From: an uncultured Lentisphaeraceae bacterium
Lineage (GTDB): Bacteria; Verrucomicrobiota; Kiritimatiellia; RFP12; UBA1067
DNA: 62,611 nucleotides
Reading direction: 5' to 3'
Assembly: GCA_964557205.1 (NCBI GenBank)
Contig: CAZKZI010000002.1
Coordinates: 1-62,611 of the forward strand
The number at the start of each line of letters is the position of its first letter. Position 1 is the stretch's first letter. The position numbers and the translations under genes are program-made. Below the pieces are notes generated by a model. That model was not told the origin of the DNA. It searched no databases and saw nothing but the letters and a program-made list of their open reading frames with translations. Shown piece after piece: positions 19,327 through 28,067 of this stretch.

Positions 19327-19387
19327 TGTGATGTTTTGAGGGCACTTAGGTGTTTTGAGACCTGCAGACGGATATTGGTCTGTTGCC

Positions 19388-19744
19388 ATGAGTTATAAAA
19401 AACGCTCTGATGAATTTTGGGATGCCGCTGAACTATGTAATTCGAACGATTTGTATGCGGCGGCCGCCAGTCGATTTTACTATGGCCTCTTTTTGGCCGT
19501 GTGCGGTTTTTTTGTGACGAAGAAGGGGTTTGATCCGAATCCTTCAAATGTGCACAGTAGACTGTTGACGAAGCTGAAAGAAGAGGAGCCAGATGGCAAA
19601 CGGGATGCGCGAGTGTTTCGTGAGTTCAAAGATATCCGCGTTGATGCGGATTATGCGAAGGCAGAGGTTTACAAGATTGATCTGACTGAACGATCAAAAG
19701 CTGATGCGGTCCGGCAGAAGTATTTGAAGAAAATGGTGGGATGA
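19388..19744 (+). CDS. HEPN-like domain protein (putative toxin of a three-gene module)
   Basis: Lies within ORF 19355..19744, with ATG at 19388. The helical pattern is typical of HEPN proteins (DLYAAAASRFYYGLFLAVCGFFV...HSRLLTKL...FKDIRVDADYA). I do not see a clear R-x4-6-H RNase motif. Confidence 0.55.
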   Translation: MSYKKRSDEFWDAAELCNSNDLYAAAASRFYYGLFLAVCGFFVTKKGFDPNPSNVHSRLLTKLKEEEPDGKRDARVFREFKDIRVDADYAKAEVYKIDLTERSKADAVRQKYLKKMVG

Positions 19745-19748
19745 TTTT

Positions 19749-20270
19749 ATGGAACCGGAGAGACAAGAGGTTTTCAGTAGAGTCGAATGTGTGGCGCGTG
19801 AACGTTTCCCCGAGTATACTGTTGTTGCTGAGAGTGATCCGAGTGACAGTGGCTCGATCGGGGTTGGTGTTTATGGCGTGCCGCTGGCGGAGGTCAGTGC
19901 GGTTAGGAATATCATTTACGACTTGGAAGAGGAAATATTCCCTCGTGGAGAGTACTGCCTGTCTGCTTTTGTACGCGATGTCGAGTACACACGACAGTAT
20001 TGTTCGCAGTGCATGCCGGAGGCTAAGGCGTTGTCGATTGACATGGACGAACTCTGTTTGCAGCTGTCGCAGAAAGAGAGTTCCAAGTGGATGGACAGTA
20101 CGCCTATAAACGGGGTGGCTGCCTTGGGACGTTACGCTTCAGAGAAGATGGACGTTTCGATTGTGACTGACTTCTTGTCCTCGGATTGCAGAGATAAATG
20201 GTCTCCGAATGAAAGTTGTCCCTCGTCTGGGGTTCCTGTCGTCGAAAACAACTTTGATCGCGCCGCATAA
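19749..20270 (+). CDS. hypothetical protein (candidate antitoxin position in the TAC-like module)
   Basis: ATG 19749 lies 4 nt after the HEPN stop. It is followed after 8 nt (GAGG RBS) by the SecB-like gene. No recognisable domain. Confidence 0.5.
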   Translation: MEPERQEVFSRVECVARERFPEYTVVAESDPSDSGSIGVGVYGVPLAEVSAVRNIIYDLEEEIFPRGEYCLSAFVRDVEYTRQYCSQCMPEAKALSIDMDELCLQLSQKESSKWMDSTPINGVAALGRYASEKMDVSIVTDFLSSDCRDKWSPNESCPSSGVPVVENNFDRAA

Positions 20271-20278
20271 GAGGTTTT

Positions 20279-20743
20279 ATGGACAGCACGAAAGAGCCCG
20301 GTATCATTCTCGACAAAGTGGTGTTGCTCAAGTCTGACGTCGAGTATAAGCCAAATGTGAAAAGGGCCGATGAAGGAGGGCTTTCTTATTGTTTGGCACT
20401 GACTAAGTTCACCAGGAATGAAGCGGCAGAGGATACTGAACTGTGTGCCATAGTCGAGTTTGATCTGATGAACGGCATTGAAAACGCACCCATTGTTTTC
20501 AGAGCTACCTTCTATCTCGAATACAAGCGTCCAAAAGAGGCGTCGATGGCTTGGACAGAATTCAAGAACCCAATGGTGCTCGCGCATGCCATTCCGTATC
20601 TTCGCGAGTTTGTGACCAACATGACGGCCCGGATGCCTGTGCCTCCGCTCATCCTTGATCCGGTCAATACGATTTTGCTTTACAAGCGTTATCAGGCAAG
20701 CCAATCGCCCGCTCAGGCAGAAGCCGAAGCGAAGCCCTCCTAG
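20279..20743 (+). CDS. SecB-like chaperone
   Basis: AHAIPYLREFVTNMTARMPVPPLILDPVNTILLYKRY aligns with E. coli SecB [39 protein letters not shown]. The upstream beta-strand pattern is also collinear, and the tail is acidic and Ala-rich. Confidence 0.7.
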   Translation: MDSTKEPGIILDKVVLLKSDVEYKPNVKRADEGGLSYCLALTKFTRNEAAEDTELCAIVEFDLMNGIENAPIVFRATFYLEYKRPKEASMAWTEFKNPMVLAHAIPYLREFVTNMTARMPVPPLILDPVNTILLYKRYQASQSPAQAEAEAKPS

Positions 20744-21044
20744 CCCGTGGGATCGTGCAGAGGCAAATCTGGTTGCTTGTGTTTTTTCTCTGCGAACCAG
20801 TTGAGAAGCGACGTAGCGCAAGGTCGATGGCAACGGACGGTTCAGGAGGCAGCGCAGGCCCGCGGAGGCCGGCGCGTGACCGGTGTTGGTTGATCAGTTT
20901 GTCGGCGCACCCTGCGGCGTCGATCACCGTGAGCTTCGGGCTAAATCGGTGATCTTTGATTTGACCGGAAACACATTTTGGACGATTGGGACGTTTTCTC
21001 GTAAGTGTCTTTACTTTGACCTACTGGTTGCCAGTTGATAGCCG

Positions 21045-21053
21045 TGCTATAAT
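21045..21053 (+). promoter_or_regulatory. extended -10 element TGCTATAAT with no obvious downstream gene
   Basis: A perfect TGnTATAAT at 21045-21053. Downstream lie only a 15-codon ORF (MKKNTRKTDKSGRRQ) and repeat copy 21113..21153. Confidence 0.25.
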
Positions 21054-21112
21054 GGCGGCATGAAGAAAAACACGAGAAAAACCGACAAGTCGGGGCGCAG
21101 GCAATAGCCGGT

Positions 21113-21153
21113 TTGGAAGGCGTTTTCTTTCTTTGAGGGATCTGACGGCGGGG
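21113..21153. repeat. short interspersed motif, copy 2
   Basis: See 13655..13691. Confidence 0.7.
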
Positions 21154-21191
21154 ATGAGGCGGAGGTGTCCTTCTTCGTTATTATGAAGATG

Positions 21192-21665
21192 TCAGTTCGT
21201 AAGCGCCATGGCCTTGATCCGCTTTTCCAGTGCCTTCCAGTCGGGTTCGGGTTCTGAGAGCAAAATGTCTGTAATGTGAACGTGGGTATAGATGTTGCCT
21301 GATATAGGAGCACGGTACTGACTCCCCCTCCAGCGCTTCCAGGTCTTTGCCCGTTCCGGCGTATACAGTGCGGTTGTCCATATCTCGATCAGGCAGGTTT
21401 CCGGGCACAACACATAGATCCATTCGTTGGAAAGCGGATTAAAAAATGGATCAACTTGTTCTTTTGTGCCAAGACCGTGTTTATGCAAACGCGCTTCCGG
21501 GTCTGGATATGCTGTTCCTTTAAGAGCTTTTTCGATAAGCACCAGATCGATTGTTTGCGGTTGTCCCGCTACCTTGCCACAATAGGGGCAGACGCCACCA
21601 GAACGGACCTCCTGCCAATCACCGCAGGTTTTGAGGATTTCGACGAGATATGGGCAGCGTTTCAA
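21192..21665 (-). CDS. hypothetical protein with a Cys-x2-Cys ribbon-like element
   Basis: 157-aa ORF with a TTG start and a CPYCG motif. It is divergent from the McrB-like gene. No family recognised. Confidence 0.4.
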   Translation of the reverse strand: MKRCPYLVEILKTCGDWQEVRSGGVCPYCGKVAGQPQTIDLVLIEKALKGTAYPDPEARLHKHGLGTKEQVDPFFNPLSNEWIYVLCPETCLIEIWTTALYTPERAKTWKRWRGSQYRAPISGNIYTHVHITDILLSEPEPDWKALEKRIKAMALTN

Positions 21666-21683
21666 CAGGTTTGATGGACAATT

Positions 21684-21794
21684 TCAGATCAGCTCGACCA
21701 TTACGCGGTCGCCGTTGATCTCCCGTAGAACAATGCGGATGTTTTCCTCGCCCTTCTGCGGCTTGCTGTATATGACAATGTCGTTTGCTTTCAT
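21684..21794 (-). CDS. possible small ORF (36 aa)
   Basis: ATG 21794 gives MKANDIVIYSKPQKGEENIRIVLREINGDRVMVELI and stops at 21684-21686, 18 nt upstream of the TTG of the next ORF. It is below the ORF-track cutoff. Confidence 0.2.
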   Translation of the reverse strand: MKANDIVIYSKPQKGEENIRIVLREINGDRVMVELI

Positions 21795-21815
21795 GGTATT
21801 TCCATGCGAGCTAGC

Positions 21816-21845
21816 TTGCATAAGCAAATATTGTTAACGTATAAT
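21816..21845 (+). promoter_or_regulatory. candidate promoter for the McrB-like gene
   Basis: TTGCAT (21816-21821), an 18-nt spacer, then TATAAT (21840-21845), about 180 nt upstream of ATG 22025. Confidence 0.3.
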
Positions 21846-22024
21846 GAAATGCATTAACAAGTTCGAATGGGCTAAACCTTTTGCCCCTTTCCAGCACTTG
21901 ATAGTCGGCTAGTTGCATTGGGTAGGGTGACACAGTTAAAGAGCATTTATGAGCAACTCGTTTTCTTTGAGTATCTGTTGCGGAGCGGATTTTGCGGTCA
22001 CGTAAGTTTTATTAAAGGGATTCT

Positions 22025-24610
22025 ATGAGTATTCGTAATTGCATTGAAAGAGTTATAAATGATTGGCCCACTGAAAAGAGTAAGCCATTTAAAGGAAACG
22101 AGCTGGCCGAATTTATTCGTACAGTTTTTACCAATGAAGTCCGCGAAATCGTAGGTTCCATAAATCCAATGCTAAAGGTTAAAGCGAGTCCCGGCGCTGG
22201 AAATTGGGCGAGTGTTCCGTGGTTGGCCATTCTGGACCCGAAAATAACAGATTCTACTGAAGACGGCGTTTACCCCGTATATTTTTTCCGTGCTGACGGC
22301 ACAGGTGGCTATTTGTCTTTAGGTCAAGGTACGACAACTCCCACTAAGTTGTTGGGTAAAAAAAGGGCAAGAATACGCGCTCAGGTGATGGCCGCAGATT
22401 TGCGCAAACAAATTCCCTTGCTCAACAAATGGATAGAGGGAAAGACATATCTTCGCACAGAAACTAATCTTGGCGGATCATATGAAGACGCAAATATTGG
22501 GGCACGTTTGTACGAAAAAGGACAAGTTCCAAGCGAAGAAGTGCTTCGTGAGGATTTGGCGGATATATTATCCATATATCAGGAAGTAGTTAATATCTGG
22601 CCCTCAAAAGGACTTGTTAACACGCCACTGCAAAAAATGGTGAAGGCGTTTCGCCAAGACTTCCCCGACTTCAAAACCTTTGGGGATTGCGGACAAGATT
22701 TTCTGAAGAACGAAGACGGGTACAAGCGTAAAGCGGTTAGTCTATTCTCTGAATTATTCAATGATTGGCTGGATGGAGCCCCAGACAGTTTGGAAGCATC
22801 GGATTTTTCAGCCAAAATCCTTAAGATTTTCAGGAAGACTAATTTGCTCGACTGGCGTACCGTGGATAAAATCGACGGAAACATTTTAAAGTCGGCCAAA
22901 TTGCTACCTCAGTTCCAGACGCTGTGCCATAGTCTACTGGTCAAAGCCAGAAGCGGGAAGATGCTGGACAGCGAGTTGGAGTCTCTGGTCGGGTTTATGG
23001 TCCAGAAGGGGAAAGCGCCGCGTGCCGCAACCCAAATGATCCCCTCTTATCTGCTGATGCTCGCCAAGCCAACAAAATACATTTTCATCAAACCGACACT
23101 GGTTGACGCTTTCTTCCAGCGCTTGGGGCACGGTGATCTGCTGGGACAGCCTTGGCTAACCGCGGAGGCCTACGGTAAAGTGCTGGGGCTTTTTGTAAAT
23201 GTCCAATCACAGCTCGCGGAGCTTGGCCCGCGGGATATGATCGACCTGCAGTCCTTCTACTATGTTGTTGTGGGGTATGGACAAAAAGGGGCTGTTATGC
23301 TGCCTGAACCAGAAGGCTCAGTGGAGAAATCCGTGGACTACTCAAAAGTTTTTCCAGAAATCGTGCCGGCTTTTGCAACCGCGATATCTGAATCCGGGTT
23401 TTGCATTGGCAATAATCTGCCTTTGCGGTTCATCTCGTCGTTAACCGCGAAGCCGTATGTTGTTCTCACAGGAAATTCCGGTACTGGGAAAACCAAACTG
23501 GCGGAACTTTTTCCCCGATGGCTTAGCTGTGAAGCGAACGATCGGCTCGCCTTGGTTCCTGTTGGAGCTGACTGGACCGATAGCCGTAATGTCCTCGGTT
23601 TTGTAAACCACATTCGGTCTACCAAGCCTGTTGGAGAAACGGTCGATGTGCCGCTTTATCAGTCCACCGTTATCCTAGACTTGCTTCTCGCCGCTAGGAC
23701 TCAACCGTCCCAACCGTTTTTCCTGATTCTCGATGAGATGAATCTCTCCCACGTGGAGCGATATTTTGCGGATTTTTTAAGCACCATGGAATCAGCGAAG
23801 GGTGAGTTGCTGTTGCATTGCGAGGGCCGCTTGCTCCCTCGCAAATTGGGCGGGGCCGCCGATGTTCCGGAAGTTCTGCCGATGCCGCGCAATGTGTTCG
23901 TCGTCGGTACTGTGAATGTGGATGAGACAACTTACATGTTTAGTCCGAAAGTCTTGGACCGCGCGAACGTGATTGAATTTCGAATTACTAAGGATGAGGT
24001 TAATAAGTTTTTTGAGCAAGGCGGAGGTAATATTGGCGAGTTAGAGTCAGCGCCGGAGGGTACCGCAGAGGCGTTTTTGGAACTTTCTCTGCGTGCACGT
24101 GGTGTGCGGAGGGCTGACGATAGTGAGCGGGAGCCGCTGGCTGCCCCAGCCAAACTTGCTGAATGCCAAGAAAAGCTGAAAGAAGTTTTCGAAATCCTTT
24201 CAAACGCTCGGTTGGAATTTGGATACCGTACACTGAACGAGGTTTTACGTTATGCCCGAGTTGATTTTGAGTTAACAGAGGATAAAACGAAGTGGAAGTG
24301 GGAGGATTGCATGGACGCGCAGATCCTGCAGAAGATCTTGCCGAAACTTCATGGGAGCAAGCGCAGGATTGAAACTGTGCTTATCGAACTGGCTCGTTAC
24401 TGCGAAACGGGCCTTTTGCATGAGGAGAAGAGCGTTTACGCCTCAGACTTTATGGTTACGCCTAAAGTCAAAAGAGTCCCTAGACCAAAGAAAAGCGAAG
24501 GGGACACAATTCCAGGACCGGATACAGTTGTTTTCCGCGAGAGTTACGAGAAACTGTGCGACATGATCGATGCGGTCCGGCGTGACCAGTTTGTCAGCTT
24601 CATCCAATAA
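22025..24610 (+). CDS. McrB-family AAA+ NTPase with an N-terminal DUF3578 (MrcB_N-like) domain; type IV restriction specificity/motor subunit
   Basis: The N-terminus KVKASPGAGNWASVPWLAILDPKITDSTEDGVYPVYFFRADGTGGYLSLGQGTT is the DUF3578 signature. Walker A is LTGNSGTGKTKLA. Walker B region is FFLILDEMNLSHVERYFADFLSTME. VVGTVNVDETTYMFSPKVLDRANVIEF corresponds to the McrB GTMNTADRS...RRF region. Confidence 0.85.
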   Translation: MSIRNCIERVINDWPTEKSKPFKGNELAEFIRTVFTNEVREIVGSINPMLKVKASPGAGNWASVPWLAILDPKITDSTEDGVYPVYFFRADGTGGYLSLGQGTTTPTKLLGKKRARIRAQVMAADLRKQIPLLNKWIEGKTYLRTETNLGGSYEDANIGARLYEKGQVPSEEVLREDLADILSIYQEVVNIWPSKGLVNTPLQKMVKAFRQDFPDFKTFGDCGQDFLKNEDGYKRKAVSLFSELFNDWLDGAPDSLEASDFSAKILKIFRKTNLLDWRTVDKIDGNILKSAKLLPQFQTLCHSLLVKARSGKMLDSELESLVGFMVQKGKAPRAATQMIPSYLLMLAKPTKYIFIKPTLVDAFFQRLGHGDLLGQPWLTAEAYGKVLGLFVNVQSQLAELGPRDMIDLQSFYYVVVGYGQKGAVMLPEPEGSVEKSVDYSKVFPEIVPAFATAISESGFCIGNNLPLRFISSLTAKPYVVLTGNSGTGKTKLAELFPRWLSCEANDRLALVPVGADWTDSRNVLGFVNHIRSTKPVGETVDVPLYQSTVILDLLLAARTQPSQPFFLILDEMNLSHVERYFADFLSTMESAKGELLLHCEGRLLPRKLGGAADVPEVLPMPRNVFVVGTVNVDETTYMFSPKVLDRANVIEFRITKDEVNKFFEQGGGNIGELESAPEGTAEAFLELSLRARGVRRADDSEREPLAAPAKLAECQEKLKEVFEILSNARLEFGYRTLNEVLRYARVDFELTEDKTKWKWEDCMDAQILQKILPKLHGSKRRIETVLIELARYCETGLLHEEKSVYASDFMVTPKVKRVPRPKKSEGDTIPGPDTVVFRESYEKLCDMIDAVRRDQFVSFIQ

Positions 24611-24631
24611 TTCTGCCGAGCATGTTGTTGT

Positions 24632-25015
24632 ATGAGCGAACTTGGAACACCTCTGGCGGTCATCCGCGTGACATTGGACGGATGCGCTATCCGGATTTAT
24701 CCGGCTTCCGAAGACAACCCCGAGGTGCCTTTCGATTTCAAGGAGTTGCAGAGCGCGACTTGTTTGCTCGAGGGCCGCACGGCCAAAGGTGGTGATGTTC
24801 CATTCCGCTATGACCCAACAGCCTCGGCACGGGGACTACAGCCGCTTAGACTTTATGAGAACACCCGCTATTGCTGGGAGGTGGAGGGGATAGCTGAGAC
24901 CAATGGGCCGTTCAGCTCTTTGAAGTCACCCGGTCGCGCAGAATGGCATGTGCGGCGCCGTAAAGAGCGCATCGAGGGTGATTTCCGAGTTACCAACTAT
25001 CTGGGCACAGCTTAG
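24632..25015 (+). CDS. N-terminal fragment of a DUF2357/McrC-like protein (ends at an in-frame TAG)
   Basis: Ends ...GDFRVTNYLGTA-TAG. It is in the same frame as 25043..27037, and the intervening codons are open. Read through, the sequence gives the DUF2357-like F.v.NYvG.a......L.FEV.S.KLD.E.EY motif. Confidence 0.6.
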   Translation: MSELGTPLAVIRVTLDGCAIRIYPASEDNPEVPFDFKELQSATCLLEGRTAKGGDVPFRYDPTASARGLQPLRLYENTRYCWEVEGIAETNGPFSSLKSPGRAEWHVRRRKERIEGDFRVTNYLGTA

Positions 25016-25042
25016 ATTCGGCTGAAGCCGGATGGGGCAGCT

Positions 25043-27037
25043 TTGCACTTCGAGGTTCTTTCCAGAAAATTGGACTTTGAGGACGAGTACCGCTGGATGG
25101 TTCAGGCGCTGGCCGAAGAATGTCAACAGTTACTGCTGGAGTGGAACAGTCCCACCGCCTTTTCGATCCGCTCTGACGCAGACCATGACCGGCGATTGCT
25201 GCTGGAGCAGTTTCTGTTTCTCAGGCACTGCCTGCTCGGTAGCGACAAGCTCGACAGTTTTCTGGAGCAGATCAGGCGGCGACCGCATACGTTGCTCAGG
25301 CGTGAACAAATGTGGCAGCCATCAGCAATGGCGTATAGTCCTGCCTTTGTACGCGACCCGATCAGGTTCGGCCGGTCGTGGCGGGAGAACGGTGAAGGCG
25401 CATTCTTTCCAGAAGAGGTCTTGTCGGAGCGGAAATTCGAGACGCTCGACACACAGCCGAACCGGTTCATCAAGTTTGCTTTGCAGCAGTTTCAAGAGCT
25501 TTGCGATAACGTCCGATCCATGCTTAAGAAGGAGCAAGGAACCGCCTGGATGGAGGCGGGGCTGATGCAGGAGTCCTTGGACGCGTTTCTGCTGGATCCT
25601 TTCTTTGATGAAGTTGAGCCCTTGCATCGGATTCCGTTGGACAACGTGACGCTGCAGAAACGCGAGGGATACAGGGATATCCTGTTCACTTGGCTGATGT
25701 TGGAAGTGGCGGCGCAACTGGATTGGCCAGGGCGCGATGACGTATACGACGGGACAAACCGTGATGCGGCCACGCTATATGAATACTGGCTCTATTTCGT
25801 TTTGAGGAAGCAACTCTTGGAGAAGTCGGGCGATCACAGCCTAGCGATGGAGGAGTTGTCGGTCAATCGGGAGGTCGAATCCGGCGCGCTACCGTTCATA
25901 TGTCAGACCGATGCGGGCAATCTGGAGATCAACCTCAAAGAAGGATGCGCTTCTTTATCGAGGTTTATTTGGAAAGCAGATGACGGACGTTCCCTTTGTA
26001 TTCATCTATTCTATAACCGCACCTTTATCGGCCAGAAAGATCCACGAAAGCGCGGCTCTTACAGTCATTCTTTCCGGCCGGATTACACGCTAGTCATTCT
26101 GCCGGGCGAGTATGCAGCAGACCGATGGGATACGGCCGAAAATAAAGCCGAACAGGAGGGGCGGATCGCATACCTGCATTTCGACGCCAAATATCGAATC
26201 GAGAAGCTCGATGATCTGTTCGGTCTCGACAGCGATGATTTTCTGAGGGATGAAAACGTCGAAGTGAAAACACGGCAAACCTATAAGCGCGGCGATCTTT
26301 ATAAGATGCACACCTACAACGACGCGATCCGGCGGACGGCAGGCGCATACGTTTTCTATCCCGGGAATGCACAGGACAGCAACGAAGCGGCCAAGAGATT
26401 CGGCCGATTTGAAGAACTGGTCCCGGGTGTTGGGGCTTTCGCTGTGCGGCCTGGGAAGACTGGGCCGACGGGTGTTATTGCGGTGCGAAGTTTCATCAAG
26501 GACGTTCTGAAACATCATTTAAACTCATTCACCCGCGATTACCGCATCCGGTATTGGACTCACAGGACTATCTGTGAGACGCCCGCTATGCAAGCAGACA
26601 ATGATCATGGGGAACACCGACAAGCCCCAGCCGGTGACATTGCGGTGGTCGTTGCTTGGGCACGGTCTGAAGCCGTTGCGGAATTGTGGAGGGAGAAGAA
26701 GTTCTTTTATGTCCATGCGCTTAAGGCGACTCAGCGACAGCAAGATGTCCCTGAAGGGCTTTTGAGCGCAGACAAAGTTTTACCTCACTGTGACGGCAAG
26801 TGGCTGTTATGGACAGCGAAAATTGAACGCTGGGAGTTGGTGGAGAGGCGGCAACTCATCGATGCTTGGTTGGGGGGCGATGAGAGCCTGCTGGGCAGCG
26901 ATACGAGCTACTACTATGTGGCTTCGCTGAAGCAGTCCGAGAGCATTGAAGGACTCCCGATCGTGCGGACACCTAGGCGGGGGTACGACGTGGTACCGTG
27001 GTCCAAGCTTTTTGTGGCGGGGGCGGATGAAGGATGA
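25043..27037 (+). CDS. DUF2357-type McrC-like protein with a PD-(D/E)xK nuclease domain (C-terminal 664 aa)
   Basis: The ORF-track start is TTG 25043. HFEVLSRKLDFEDEYRWMV and DTQPNRFIKFAL are the McrC/DUF2357 ENR-type motif. The nuclease motif is FRPDYTLVIL ... YLHFDAKYR ... DLYKMHTYNDAI. Confidence 0.75.
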   Translation: MHFEVLSRKLDFEDEYRWMVQALAEECQQLLLEWNSPTAFSIRSDADHDRRLLLEQFLFLRHCLLGSDKLDSFLEQIRRRPHTLLRREQMWQPSAMAYSPAFVRDPIRFGRSWRENGEGAFFPEEVLSERKFETLDTQPNRFIKFALQQFQELCDNVRSMLKKEQGTAWMEAGLMQESLDAFLLDPFFDEVEPLHRIPLDNVTLQKREGYRDILFTWLMLEVAAQLDWPGRDDVYDGTNRDAATLYEYWLYFVLRKQLLEKSGDHSLAMEELSVNREVESGALPFICQTDAGNLEINLKEGCASLSRFIWKADDGRSLCIHLFYNRTFIGQKDPRKRGSYSHSFRPDYTLVILPGEYAADRWDTAENKAEQEGRIAYLHFDAKYRIEKLDDLFGLDSDDFLRDENVEVKTRQTYKRGDLYKMHTYNDAIRRTAGAYVFYPGNAQDSNEAAKRFGRFEELVPGVGAFAVRPGKTGPTGVIAVRSFIKDVLKHHLNSFTRDYRIRYWTHRTICETPAMQADNDHGEHRQAPAGDIAVVVAWARSEAVAELWREKKFFYVHALKATQRQQDVPEGLLSADKVLPHCDGKWLLWTAKIERWELVERRQLIDAWLGGDESLLGSDTSYYYVASLKQSESIEGLPIVRTPRRGYDVVPWSKLFVAGADEG

Positions 27038-27386
27038 GGGACGGAGGGGGCGAGCAGTTCGTTAGGTCATTATTGCATTAATTGGGGGGGGGCTGATTGC
27101 GGGAAGCGCGTTAGGCGCGATATGCACGATCAGAGTGGAGGGGGAAGCGGGAAAGTCGTGGTTTCAAGAGGTTCCAACGCGCCGCGTGCTCGGGGTTCAG
27201 GGTTTGGGTAAGTTGATATAGCGCGATACGGCCCAACCTTGTTGCCAGAATCCGATTCTGCAGGAGGGAGGCGACATCGATGATGTCCGCCAGTTCGAGC
27301 AGGCCGTACCTGCGCTCGCTGACGAGGTAGTCCCGACGTGCTCTTGGAATGTCAGCTCGGGCGGGGCATGTCGTTTGGCCATGGCG

Positions 27387-28067
27387 TCAGGGCTCCGGTG
27401 GCGGTTTGAAGCCGTTGAGCGTTTCGATCAGCGTGTAGACGGTTGTGCAGGGGTTGGCGCGTGAAGGTGGCGTTTGGAACGCGACGACATCATTATGGAG
27501 GCGCTTAGCCCAAGCAATCGCCTGGGCCTGCTTGCCGGTTTGCGAAAGGACTTGATACATGTCCACGGCGTTCTTCGCGTAAGGCCGGTCCATCAGGTCC
27601 GTGAGTTTGTCTTGATACTCGGTGCGGGGCATGGCGGTGATGCGGTACTCGAAATGGAGCACGTACCAGAGTTCGAAAGCCTCGTTCGACCAGGCGGCCT
27701 TCATGCCCTGATTCTCGGCTTTCAAAATGGCGTTGTCGAAATTAGCGGGCGGGAAGCTGTCGCGGTCAAAGACGACCCAGACCTGGTCGAACGGATAATC
27801 ACTGTCGGCCCGCTCGTCACGCAGCGCCTGCGCTTTCTCGACCAGCCGCAAGGTGTTGTCGCCCTCGCCGCTGATTTCCACTTCAATGACATGCAGGGGC
27901 AATTCGGCTTTGATAGCCTTGAAGTAATTGGGCTCGGTCTTCTCGCCCTCGCAGACGATCAAGAGACGCTGCCGCTCAGCCAAAGCGTCGACTTGTCGTT
28001 TGAGGCTTTTTTGGCTGCGAAGGTGCCACGGCGTGTTGCGGTCGCTAATCTTGACGGGTTTCCCCAT
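27387..28067 (-). CDS. RloB-like (Toprim-related) protein
   Basis: LLIVCEGEKTEPNYFKAIK ... FDQVWVVFDRDSF ... AWSNEAFELWYVLHF is the RloB family signature. The start overlaps the upstream ATPase gene by 23 nt. Confidence 0.85.
   Translation of the reverse strand: MGKPVKISDRNTPWHLRSQKSLKRQVDALAERQRLLIVCEGEKTEPNYFKAIKAELPLHVIEVEISGEGDNTLRLVEKAQALRDERADSDYPFDQVWVVFDRDSFPPANFDNAILKAENQGMKAAWSNEAFELWYVLHFEYRITAMPRTEYQDKLTDLMDRPYAKNAVDMYQVLSQTGKQAQAIAWAKRLHNDVVAFQTPPSRANPCTTVYTLIETLNGFKPPPEP

Noticed and set aside
19138-19398. An 86-aa plus-strand ORF upstream of, and overlapping, the HEPN-like gene start.
   Set aside because: It has no motif, overlaps the predicted promoter, and sits in an AT-rich region. 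ATG 19388 in the other listed frame gives the HEPN-like protein.
20132-20833. A 233-aa minus-strand ORF overlapping the hypothetical and SecB-like genes.
   Set aside because: It is antisense to two well-supported, tightly coupled plus-strand genes and has no recognisable motif.
20664-20927. A minus-strand ORF (…KLTVIDAAGCADKLINQHRSRAG…) as a possible transposase or recombinase fragment.
   Set aside because: Only a vague resemblance and no diagnostic catalytic motif. It is left as unassigned intergenic or remnant sequence.
27084-27092. A G9 homopolymer as a possible phase-variation switch.
   Set aside because: It lies in non-coding DNA between convergent gene ends, not in a CDS or an obvious promoter spacer.
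27038-27386. A protein-like minus-strand frame without a start codon (…ARRDYLVSERRYGLLELADIIDVASLLQNRILATRLGRIALYQLTQTLNPEHAARWNLLK…) downstream of RloB, and the listed 61-aa ORF 27197..27382.
   Set aside because: It looks like a gene remnant, but I cannot assign a family and it lacks an initiation codon. The listed 61-aa ORF is in a different, low-complexity frame. It is left unannotated, and a BLASTX would settle it.
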